Shown: positions 8,627 through 16,592 of the stretch, piece by piece
Layout: each line of letters begins with the position of its first letter
How positions within the stretch are numbered: position 1 is the stretch's first letter
Notes under the pieces: model-generated
What the model saw: only the letters and a program-made list of their open reading frames with translations
The model's database searches: none
What the model was told of the DNA's origin: nothing
Virus record (IMG/VR): IMGVR_UViG_3300017912_003473
Location: 1 to 42,648 of that record
Direction: 5' to 3' (one strand)
Length of the DNA stretch: 42,648 bases
Origin: a virus
Taxonomy: Duplodnaviria; Caudoviricetes
Made by a program: the position numbers and the translations under genes

Positions 8627-9531
8627 GCGCGGTACTGAAAGACTTAGAAACACAACTCAAGGCCATTCTTGCAAGTCGAGATGTTGAGCACGTGGAGGAG
8701 CAGCCGCCCGAAGCGCCGACAGAGTGGACATGGGATCATATCGAGATAAGCGAGCTTGGTGGTCTCGTGACTGCTGACCGCGTGAAGCAGTACAGGCAAG
8801 GCTGTCTCAACTGTTACCGCAACGGCGGATACGTGACAGCTGTTGCAGACGAAGGGTATAGAACGCTCAAAGAGTGTCCAGACTGTTCTCTGTTAGTGCG
8901 CAGAATAAAGCGAATCAACCGCGCAATGCTGCCAGCTAAATTTAGCATGAGGCGATTTGCTTGGGAGCGAGTCAACATCGATGGCGATAACAGCGCAGAG
9001 GCGGCTCTCAGCGCGTGGGCCTCGACACTCATAGACATCTACCGCGGCAATGTGAACACAGCGCCGAGCGTGGCATTCTGTGGTCCGACAGGCGTCGGCA
9101 AGAGTCACGCAGCCTTTATGCTTGGCCGCAAGCTCTTAGAGGCCGATGTGCCTGTAAGGTGGGTCAACTGGATCAAGCTCATCGAAAACATGAGACAGAG
9201 CTGGCGAGATGATAGCAAGTCAAGCGCGAGCGACCTATGGGGCAGCGTGTTCAAGATAGAGCGAGGGCTCATCGTCATCGATGACCTCGGCGCTGGCAGC
9301 GCTACGGCGTATAGCCGCCAAGTCGCTTGTGACCTGTTCGAGCTTTGCCCTAACGGCGTCAGTCTGCTCATCACGACAAACGGTGTGCCAGACGGCAAGG
9401 ATGAGCACGGGCTCGACTATCTCATCGGCAGCCGCGCAGCTAGTCGGATGTCAGGTATATGCGCAAGCGGTTCAACTATGTTCACGTTTCGAGGCCAGGA
9501 CATGCGACGAATAGGCAGGCCGCTGTGTTAA
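8623..9531 (+). CDS. DnaC/IstB-like AAA+ helicase loader
   Basis: CxxC pairs; Walker A GPTGVGKS; Walker B IVIDDLG; ITTN; SRMSG...FRGQDMR. Confidence 0.88.
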   Translation: MSAVLKDLETQLKAILASRDVEHVEEQPPEAPTEWTWDHIEISELGGLVTADRVKQYRQGCLNCYRNGGYVTAVADEGYRTLKECPDCSLLVRRIKRINRAMLPAKFSMRRFAWERVNIDGDNSAEAALSAWASTLIDIYRGNVNTAPSVAFCGPTGVGKSHAAFMLGRKLLEADVPVRWVNWIKLIENMRQSWRDDSKSSASDLWGSVFKIERGLIVIDDLGAGSATAYSRQVACDLFELCPNGVSLLITTNGVPDGKDEHGLDYLIGSRAASRMSGICASGSTMFTFRGQDMRRIGRPLC

Positions 9532-10082
9532 CCATCGGCATCGACCCCGGCAAGCAGGGCGCTGTGTGCTTCAGCGTAGACGGTGAGCCTGTTTATTGTG
9601 AGCGCGTGCCGACCGTCAAGATAGGCGGACGCAATCAATACCATGTGAGCGAAATGTCAGCTCTGCTGGGGCATGGGCTGGATAGAGTTTTCGAGAAGGG
9701 GCTCGGTGAGTACGAACGGCCAGGTCTTGTCGTCATAGAGCGCACGCAGGGCGGCGGCGGTGGTCTTAAGAAGGGCAACACCGCAGCCCACTCGCTCGGC
9801 TTCTGCTCAGGACTATGGCTAGGCATCTGCATCGAGAAACGATGGAAGACGATCCAAGCGCGGCCGGTCGACTGGCAACGGCTTATGATGGCCGGCATAC
9901 CCGGCTCATCGGGAGACGGCGGGAAGGGTCGCAGCATACTAGCAGCTGGAGCTCTATACCCCCAGTGGGTGCAAAACGGCGGGCTGATGCGCAGCGCTCG
10001 CTGTCGCAAGCCAGACGACAACTTTGCAGACGCTGCTCTGCTGGCTGGCTACGGCGCGCGGCTACTTCGAGCGGAGAAGTGA
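9525..10082 (+). CDS. RuvC-like Holliday junction resolvase
   Basis: IGIDPG, VVIE, PVDWQR and DNFADAALLA motifs; likely GTG start at 9525. Confidence 0.85.
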   Translation: MLTIGIDPGKQGAVCFSVDGEPVYCERVPTVKIGGRNQYHVSEMSALLGHGLDRVFEKGLGEYERPGLVVIERTQGGGGGLKKGNTAAHSLGFCSGLWLGICIEKRWKTIQARPVDWQRLMMAGIPGSSGDGGKGRSILAAGALYPQWVQNGGLMRSARCRKPDDNFADAALLAGYGARLLRAEK

Positions 10083-10088
10083 GCGGCT

Positions 10089-10328
10089 GTGTTTACAACA
10101 GATGATTTGTGTGAAATATATGATGTCACTGTGGTCAGCGGGGAAGGTCACGACAGGATCGTGATTAATGTTGATTACGGCATATGGCAGCATTACGAGA
10201 GTAAGAACGGCGCTGAGGTATTGGTCAGCGAGTCGCGAGGGCATGACGGTGACCTGCTGCGGCTTATCGGGCTGTATATTCAAAGCGCGATGGAAGGAGA
10301 GTCGACTTATGGGAAGTTGGATATCTGA
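10089..10328 (+). CDS. Hypothetical protein
   Basis: 79 aa ORF filling the gap between resolvase and exonuclease. Confidence 0.5.
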   Translation: MFTTDDLCEIYDVTVVSGEGHDRIVINVDYGIWQHYESKNGAEVLVSESRGHDGDLLRLIGLYIQSAMEGESTYGKLDI

Positions 10329-11394
10329 CGACCAGCCAGCACTCGGCGGTGCGTCTGGCACAATCGGCGGCAGCAACGTCGCTGGCGTTCTCGGTGTTGG
10401 GCGCTACGGTGACCCGCACAAAACGTGGCAAGTGATGACTGGTCGCTTGACTGTCGAAGAGACGCCGGCCATGAGGCGTGGAAGTGTTCTTGAAGATGTC
10501 GTCTCGGATCTGGTTACGCAATACGGGTTCCCGCGCAGCTCGATGGTTTATCGCTCGGCAAATAAGTCGATGGTAAAGCCAGCCGTGCGGACTTTCTATT
10601 GGAATGACCGCCGCTTCTCGGCAAGCGTAGACCGTGAGATATTCGCGGACGTAGACGACGGTATACAGCTCATCGGCATCGGGGAAATGAAGACGATGAG
10701 CAACCGTGTCAAGTTCGAGGGCGGCACGTTCGACATACTTGGCCAGCATGTAACGGTTGATGTACCTATCGGCTACTGGCTACAGCTGCAACACTACATG
10801 CTCGCACGCGGCGTCAACATGGCCGTTTTGTTTTGTTTGCGCGCAGACTCGGCAGCGCTTCAGAGTCTCACCAGTGTTGCAGAGCTGTGCGGCTGCGAGG
10901 TAGCGACCAAAGTGGCCGCTGAGCTACTTGAGATGAACGACGCAGAGTTTCACTGTGTCAGGGTTGAGCGTCACCCGATGTATGCTGACATTGTTATTCC
11001 CTATCTCGAAGAGTGGCACATGCGGCACATTGACGAAGACGAAGCGCCGGAGGCGACGGCAAGCAGCGAATGCAGAGACTATATCCTGCACGGTGAGCGA
11101 TTCGGTGAGCTTGACGCTGACGGTGAGCTTGATGAGCTTATCAGCGAGGCGGTCTCGATACGTGAGCAGATTGACCTGCTCAATAGCGAGTACAAAGCAA
11201 CAGTGAACGCGGCCTGTGAACTGATGGGCAAGTCTTCCAAGGCTAGAGGCTCGCTTGGTACAATCACCGTATCAGAGAAGGCAGAGCGCACGCGATTTGA
11301 TGACAAGGCGGCACTTGCAGCACAGCCGGAGCTTGCCGAGAAGTACAGCAAGAAGGTAGCAGCCAGCAAGGTTGTCACACTGAGAAAACGATGA
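10309..11394 (+). CDS. YqaJ/lambda-exonuclease-family nuclease
   Basis: IGGSNVAGVLG, MRRGSVLE, SASVD, EMKT, YWLQLQHYM; SD AGGAG before ATG 10309. Confidence 0.88.
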   Translation: MGSWISDDQPALGGASGTIGGSNVAGVLGVGRYGDPHKTWQVMTGRLTVEETPAMRRGSVLEDVVSDLVTQYGFPRSSMVYRSANKSMVKPAVRTFYWNDRRFSASVDREIFADVDDGIQLIGIGEMKTMSNRVKFEGGTFDILGQHVTVDVPIGYWLQLQHYMLARGVNMAVLFCLRADSAALQSLTSVAELCGCEVATKVAAELLEMNDAEFHCVRVERHPMYADIVIPYLEEWHMRHIDEDEAPEATASSECRDYILHGERFGELDADGELDELISEAVSIREQIDLLNSEYKATVNAACELMGKSSKARGSLGTITVSEKAERTRFDDKAALAAQPELAEKYSKKVAASKVVTLRKR

Positions 11395-11522
11395 GCGACG
11401 TTAAGCCAGGTACACCACAAGGGCCGCTCGCTCTACCTGCGAGCTACAGCAAGCGAGACGAGCGCAAGCCGGCAAACTACGGAATACCGAAGGACAACAG
11501 CAAGCGGAGGCGCGGTTATTAA
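11391..11522 (+). CDS. Small ORF (43 aa) sharing its C-terminal peptide with the HNH protein
   Basis: ATGA and TAATG couplings on both sides; ends ...GIPKDNSKRRRGY. Confidence 0.4.
   Translation: MSDVKPGTPQGPLALPASYSKRDERKPANYGIPKDNSKRRRGY
11482..11514 (+). repeat. 33-bp direct repeat, copy 1
   Basis: GAATACCGAAGGACAACAGCAAGCGGA-G-GCGCG; 32/33 identical to 12009-12041. Confidence 0.9.
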
Positions 11523-12049
11523 TGAGAAAAACAAAACCACTTCACGAATACGGTGACCTCAGCAAACCGATTGCAACACTGACTGCAAAACAGCGAGAGC
11601 TGCCTAATGGCTGCATCGTTTACACTGGCGGCTCACGCGCTAAAAAGTACGGCAACATAAACTGGAAATGCAGCGAGACGAAAAAAACAAAGTCAATCAG
11701 GGCGCATCGTCTAGCTTTTGTTCTTAGGCATTCCAGAGACATAAAAGAAAACCTGCTTATCCGTCACACTTGTCACAACCCGCTGTGCATCAACCCCGAC
11801 CATTTGCTTGAGGGTACAGACAAAGATAATGCCAGAGACATGGTTGAGGCCGGCCGATCGCTCGACCAGCGAGGCAGCAAGAACCACAACAGCAAACTCA
11901 CTGAAGAGCAGCGCGCTGAGATACGAGAGCGACGCGCAAACGGTGAGACCTACAAGGCTATCGCTGCCGATTATGGTCTGCATCTTGCGACGATTGCTAA
12001 AATCTGCCGAATACCGAAGGACAACAGCAAGCGGAAGCGCGAGCGTTGA
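11522..12049 (+). CDS. HNH (homing-type) endonuclease with C-terminal HTH
   Basis: RAHRLAF...IRHTCHNPLCINPDHLLEGTDKDNARDM; SKLTEEQ..EIR...YKAIAADYGL. Confidence 0.92.
   Translation: MRKTKPLHEYGDLSKPIATLTAKQRELPNGCIVYTGGSRAKKYGNINWKCSETKKTKSIRAHRLAFVLRHSRDIKENLLIRHTCHNPLCINPDHLLEGTDKDNARDMVEAGRSLDQRGSKNHNSKLTEEQRAEIRERRANGETYKAIAADYGLHLATIAKICRIPKDNSKRKRER
12009..12041 (+). repeat. 33-bp direct repeat, copy 2
   Basis: GAATACCGAAGGACAACAGCAAGCGGA-A-GCGCG at the 3' end of the HNH gene. Confidence 0.9.
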
Positions 12050-12139
12050 CTCATAACGAAATCAGGTGTCACTCAAAGCTAGATGATGACCTTTGTGCCC
12101 ACTCATCGGCTGCGTCAATTATACAGAAAGGGGAATTTT

Positions 12140-12451
12140 ATGATTTACCGCGTACCAATTCGAGATTCTTACGGGGAGCAATGCGGTTACACATTTCACA
12201 CCAATAAAAAAGATGCCCTTAAGGCATGGAAAAGTCAGATGCTAGAAAAGTGTGAAGAGACGGGCAAAACCTTATGCAACGCTACTGAATGGTATCGGTA
12301 TTCAGATAGCAAGCATTGGGAGAAAGGCGTTGGGTTTGACCCGTTTAGCGATGCCCTTCCTTTAGACGGAATTAAGTCAATGCCAACGCCAAAGAATAAA
12401 GCAGATCTTCTGTATATGCTGCGCGAGTGGGCGGCACATCCATACAACTGA
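12140..12451 (+). CDS. Hypothetical protein (AT-richer than the genome)
   Basis: SD AAAGGGG before ATG 12140 (MIYRVPIRD...). Confidence 0.65.
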   Translation: MIYRVPIRDSYGEQCGYTFHTNKKDALKAWKSQMLEKCEETGKTLCNATEWYRYSDSKHWEKGVGFDPFSDALPLDGIKSMPTPKNKADLLYMLREWAAHPYN

Positions 12452-12588
12452 TGCTAACGGAGAAAGGAATAAGCTCTGTTGTCACCATGGCTTAATCGAC
12501 AGCGTATGCGCTTGATAGTAAGACCGCTCTATGCGATGCTTGATAAGCATCGATGCTTAGCAGATTGACACTTTGTGTCATCTCCCTT

Positions 12589-12753
12589 GTCTTGGCCGAT
12601 AATGTGCCTCGATGTTTGCAGATTGGGGCCCTAGTTTTGTCGCTGAGCCTCAGTCTGCTTTTCTTTTTGCAAAGTCTTGGCCAAGTTTGCGCCTCGATGT
12701 TCGCAGACTGGGGTTGAGCGCTGAAACTGAGACCCCAGTCTGTTTTTTTCTGC
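12589..12753 (+). repeat. Tandem 85-bp duplication, each unit ending in a 12-bp hairpin plus T-tract (terminator-like / candidate structured RNA)
   Basis: GTCTTGGCC..TGNGCCTCGATGTTNGCAGAYTGGGG recurs at an exact 85-bp offset; stems 12618-12658 and 12703-12743. Confidence 0.75.
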
Positions 12754-12800
12754 CTGCTGTCGTTCTAAAATAAAATCGAGCTTCGGAATTCGCCGGTCTG

Positions 12801-14282
12801 TTATCGGTCATCGCCAGGGCTGAATCGAGAGCGGATGCGCTGTGATTTGGTTTTCTCTTTGAAGGCTGCGCGAGCTATCTGCGGCGCTGCCTGGTTCGGC
12901 CATTGCGTGTTTATTGCCCAATATCTAAGCGCGTCGATACTGTGGTCCCAGACGCCCTTTTGCGGCACAACCTTGGCACCGCTTGCCCACTTGTAGTTCA
13001 TCACACAGCTGCTGATTGTCCGACGCGTGTCATTCTGGCCACCAAACCACAAGCGATGCGACACGAGCAGCGTGCGCTTGCCGCTGTTGTTCAGTATGAG
13101 ACGCCACAGCAGCTTAATCCCATTAATCACATCGATGCGCTCTCTGTCGTCTGTGACGTTTAACTTGAGACCGATACCGTCTGGCCAGCTAATGAAATCA
13201 TCAGAAGCAGACGAGAGTTGCGCGTCATCGCGTCGAGCACGGCCAGCGCGGTCGCCGAAGGCATGAGTGCATGGAATGCTGCCAGGCGGCGCATCGTTAC
13301 GCCATGCAGGCCATATGCCGGGAATGCCGAGGTCAGGCCGGCCAGCCTTAAGGATAGCGCACACATCGTAAACACTGGCCTCATCTGGTACAGCTTCTAG
13401 CCAAATCACCCACGCACCGTCACCATCGCAGGCGTCTCTATCGTAAGACAGCACAAGAGCGGCAGGCATCCGCGCGCCGAAGTCCATGCATAAGTGCGTT
13501 TTCATTCCGCGCTTCGGTTCCCACGACGGTTCAGTCAGGTTGCCGCTTGGCCAAACCGTCGGCTCGAAAGTATCGAGCACAGCATCGGCAGGCGCAATAG
13601 GCTGGCAGTACAAGTTTTCCGCGACCTCGCGAGGTGACAGCGTTTTGACCCAGGTATCATAGAATGGCAAGTTTTCTTTGTTGCAGATGGTCGCAGCTTT
13701 GAATGCACCACCGGGCAACTCATTGCGCTCGTCAGCAATCGCACGCCACCAGCAATTAGGCGCAGGCTTGCCGAGTAGAACAATGCGACCAGGTGAGCCA
13801 CTACGGACGCGCCCCAGCATCGCGGTTGCCATCTCGCTGTCGTTGTATTGGTTGCACTCGTCTGCGATTCCCCAGCCGCAATCAGGGCCTTCAAGACTGT
13901 TGGCGCTTGTGGCCTTAGTGCTCGGTCGCTTCCACGACAGCGCCCACACGCGCGTAACAGCGCCATTGCTTGGGTGCGGTGGTGAGACCCAATGAGGCGC
14001 GGGTGTGCCTTTATAGAACGACTGAAAGCGCCAGCCTATCGGCTCAAGCAAGAAGCTGACTTCATTGCTTATCGTTCGAGCGCCACGAGACATGCTATCT
14101 GTGACGTAAAAGCCATTCTGTCCGGGGTTGTCTTCATGCGCGCACATCATCAGATAAGGTATCATTCGCGTCTTACCAACACCCCAACCGCCTTCCATCG
14201 CGATGATTGGATGCTGCTTGGCGCGGAACAATGCAATGACCTTGCACTGCGCGCGGTTAGGCTTGAAATCTTCCTCGTTCAC
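12801..14282 (-). CDS. terL: Terminase large subunit
   Basis: Walker A GGWGVGKT, Walker B IADE, RNase H-like nuclease motifs CMDFG...GDRAG...DHSIDALRY. Confidence 0.92.
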   Translation of the reverse strand: MNEEDFKPNRAQCKVIALFRAKQHPIIAMEGGWGVGKTRMIPYLMMCAHEDNPGQNGFYVTDSMSRGARTISNEVSFLLEPIGWRFQSFYKGTPAPHWVSPPHPSNGAVTRVWALSWKRPSTKATSANSLEGPDCGWGIADECNQYNDSEMATAMLGRVRSGSPGRIVLLGKPAPNCWWRAIADERNELPGGAFKAATICNKENLPFYDTWVKTLSPREVAENLYCQPIAPADAVLDTFEPTVWPSGNLTEPSWEPKRGMKTHLCMDFGARMPAALVLSYDRDACDGDGAWVIWLEAVPDEASVYDVCAILKAGRPDLGIPGIWPAWRNDAPPGSIPCTHAFGDRAGRARRDDAQLSSASDDFISWPDGIGLKLNVTDDRERIDVINGIKLLWRLILNNSGKRTLLVSHRLWFGGQNDTRRTISSCVMNYKWASGAKVVPQKGVWDHSIDALRYWAINTQWPNQAAPQIARAAFKEKTKSQRIRSRFSPGDDR

Positions 14283-14989
14283 TCGACAGGCTCAACGTCT
14301 ACCATGAGGTCAATGTCAACAGCGCGAGCAAGCTGTCGCTGAATCTCTTTGTCGATTGTCTTGATAGGGTCGACCTTCTTTGCTGCCTTCACTTCGTCGG
14401 CCGCTTTCAGAATGTCTAGCTTGATGACCGTGCCTTCCTTCTGTCTTCGGTCGCCAAAGTCAGTGAGTCGCGCGTATTCGGTAGCAGCTCTCAGTCGGTC
14501 TTGTGGCTTAACCTCGATGGCGTTACCGTTCTTGTCTATCGCGAGCATGATATTGCGAATCTCAGTAACACCTTGCAGATAGGCCTCAGCGCTTGCTGCA
14601 TGTATCTCGGTGTCATGCCCCATAAGCCACTGCGCGATGCTTTCCGGGTGCGCTTGCGAGTATGCAGCCGCAACATCAACGCGACCGCTGATGCGCAGAG
14701 CTTGGATGAATCGACCGCGGGCCACAGGATCCTCGGCTTCGGTTTGATACCCGCGGCGGTGATGCTTGGGTTTTGGCACGCGCACTAGGTCGACTATGTT
14801 GTGTCGAGCTTCAAGCTGTTCACAGAATGATTTGTATTCTTTGGACCGATGCCACCGGCTCACGCTGCCCTTGTTGGCACCAGTCGCACGGCTGACCTCA
14901 TTGATTGATTTGCCTTCTGCAAGCATCTCGAACGCTTTAAGCTTACGCGCCCGCCTAGTCGCTAGGTCGTCTTTCATTGCTTCACCCAT
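14279..14989 (-). CDS. terS: Putative terminase small subunit (N-terminal HTH)
   Basis: GKSINEVSRATGANKGSVSRW HTH; coupled directly upstream of terL. Confidence 0.7.
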   Translation of the reverse strand: MGEAMKDDLATRRARKLKAFEMLAEGKSINEVSRATGANKGSVSRWHRSKEYKSFCEQLEARHNIVDLVRVPKPKHHRRGYQTEAEDPVARGRFIQALRISGRVDVAAAYSQAHPESIAQWLMGHDTEIHAASAEAYLQGVTEIRNIMLAIDKNGNAIEVKPQDRLRAATEYARLTDFGDRRQKEGTVIKLDILKAADEVKAAKKVDPIKTIDKEIQRQLARAVDIDLMVDVEPVE

Positions 14990-15006
14990 GTAGTCCTATT
15001 AACCTA

Positions 15007-15048
15007 GTGTTGCGCAATGTTGCACTTGTTGCAACACCCTGCAACACC
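15007..15048. repeat. TGTTGC/GCAACA hexamer cluster in the divergent intergenic region
   Basis: TGTTGC at 15008, 15018, 15027; inverted GCAACA at 15031 and 15041. Confidence 0.6.
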
Positions 15049-15067
15049 GCGACAGAATGGGGATTTT

Positions 15068-15259
15068 ATGAGCTATGACACAGAGCGCGAGAGGTCAAGA
15101 GAGCGACGCAAGCAACGGTTGAGCCGGCAGGATGCTGATGATATTGTCTGCATTAACGGGCGATGTAAGACGCCTAACGCGTGCCGGCAGTTCGGTGAGC
15201 GTTGTATCAGCAAGATTGAGCAGCCAGGGCAGATGTTCGACGGGTTGCCTGATTGGTAG
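15068..15259 (+). CDS. Small Cys-containing hypothetical protein
   Basis: SD GGGGA before ATG 15068; 63 aa with four Cys. Confidence 0.5.
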   Translation: MSYDTERERSRERRKQRLSRQDADDIVCINGRCKTPNACRQFGERCISKIEQPGQMFDGLPDW

Positions 15260-15264
15260 AGCAG

Positions 15265-16560
15265 ATGACCGAGACCAAGAAAGCCACCATCAAAGAGCTG
15301 CGGCCAGACGATAAGAACATCAACCAAAGCAGCGCGCGCGGTGGTGAGATGCTGAGGCGCTCATTGCAGGAGTACGGCGCAGCGCGCTCGCTTGTCGCAG
15401 ATAAAAACATGCGAATAGTGGCAGGCAATCAGACGCTAGAAGCGGCAGCGGCCATAGGTCTTGATGACGTTGTGGTTGTGCCGACCGATGGCAGCAAGCT
15501 TGTTGTGGTTCAGCGCACAGACATTGACTTGGATACACCGCGCGGTCGCGAGCTTGCCATCGCTGACAATCGGACCAACCAAGTCGGCTACAACCCAGAC
15601 CCGCTAATGCTTGCTTGGCATGGCAGCAACGGCGCAGACCTTGACAAATTTTGGTTGCCCGATGAGTTGGCCGCGCTCGACTTGCCCGATGTCGATGGGC
15701 TTGACTTGGGCGAAGAGGACGACGAGCCGATAGGCGACGCCGACGCAGTGCCAGAAGTCGAAGACTTACCGACAAGCAAGCGCGGCGACTTATGGATACT
15801 TGGCGAGCATCGGGTATTGTGCGGCGACTCTGCGAGCGCCGAAGACGTCGCGCGGCTTATGAATGGCGAGCGGGCTGAAATGACGTTTACAGATCCCCCT
15901 TATGGCGTAAATTACACGGGCGGGCATTTTCACAGTGGCGACGTGAACATAGTGCGAAAAAGAGAAAAACTAGAAAACGACACAAGCGAGCAAATTTACA
16001 CGGACGTAATACCCGTCATTGCTAACTTTTGCGACGGTCCCATATATACTTGGTTTGCTGGTACAAAGCCCCTTGCTCTTTACGAGGCGGTTAATAAAAT
16101 TGGCACTATTCACGCACTCATAATTTGGCACAAAACAAACGCGACGTATGCCGCAATGAATGCACAATATAAACAACGCCATGAACCGTGCTTATACTGG
16201 AAGCCGAAGAAATCGACTCTCCGTTGGTGCGGAGCAAGCACAGAGAATACGCTTTGGGAAATCAAGAGGGACGCAGCAAATACGTTCCATCCGACGCAAA
16301 AACCAGTAGATTTAGCGGAACGCGCCATTTCAAACCATACCGCAAAATCTGTGCTGGATCTTTTTCTAGGCAGTGGCTCCACCCTAATAGCAGCCGAGAA
16401 AACCAGCCGTAAATGCTATGGCATGGAAATATCGCCGGCCTACGTAGACGTCATCATCAAGCGCTGGCAAGAATACACTGGCAAAGAGGCAAAACACGAA
16501 GACGGCCGCACGTTTGTCGAGGTCGCACAGACCCGGCTTGCCAACACCGAAGAGAGTTGA
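15265..16560 (+). CDS. ParB-like domain fused to N6A/N4C DNA methyltransferase (beta order)
   Basis: N-terminal IKELRPDDKN...IVAGNQTL...IADNR; HRVLCGDS, TDPPY, HPTQKP, LDLFLGSGSTLIAAE. Confidence 0.92.
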   Translation: MTETKKATIKELRPDDKNINQSSARGGEMLRRSLQEYGAARSLVADKNMRIVAGNQTLEAAAAIGLDDVVVVPTDGSKLVVVQRTDIDLDTPRGRELAIADNRTNQVGYNPDPLMLAWHGSNGADLDKFWLPDELAALDLPDVDGLDLGEEDDEPIGDADAVPEVEDLPTSKRGDLWILGEHRVLCGDSASAEDVARLMNGERAEMTFTDPPYGVNYTGGHFHSGDVNIVRKREKLENDTSEQIYTDVIPVIANFCDGPIYTWFAGTKPLALYEAVNKIGTIHALIIWHKTNATYAAMNAQYKQRHEPCLYWKPKKSTLRWCGASTENTLWEIKRDAANTFHPTQKPVDLAERAISNHTAKSVLDLFLGSGSTLIAAEKTSRKCYGMEISPAYVDVIIKRWQEYTGKEAKHEDGRTFVEVAQTRLANTEES

Positions 16561-16592
16561 GACGCTTGACGCAATAACCGCACAGGTGTTGC

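Noticed and set aside
12589-12753. CRISPR array or tRNA
   Set aside because: Only two units, no repeat-spacer pattern, no cas genes, no cloverleaf or T-loop/D-loop motifs
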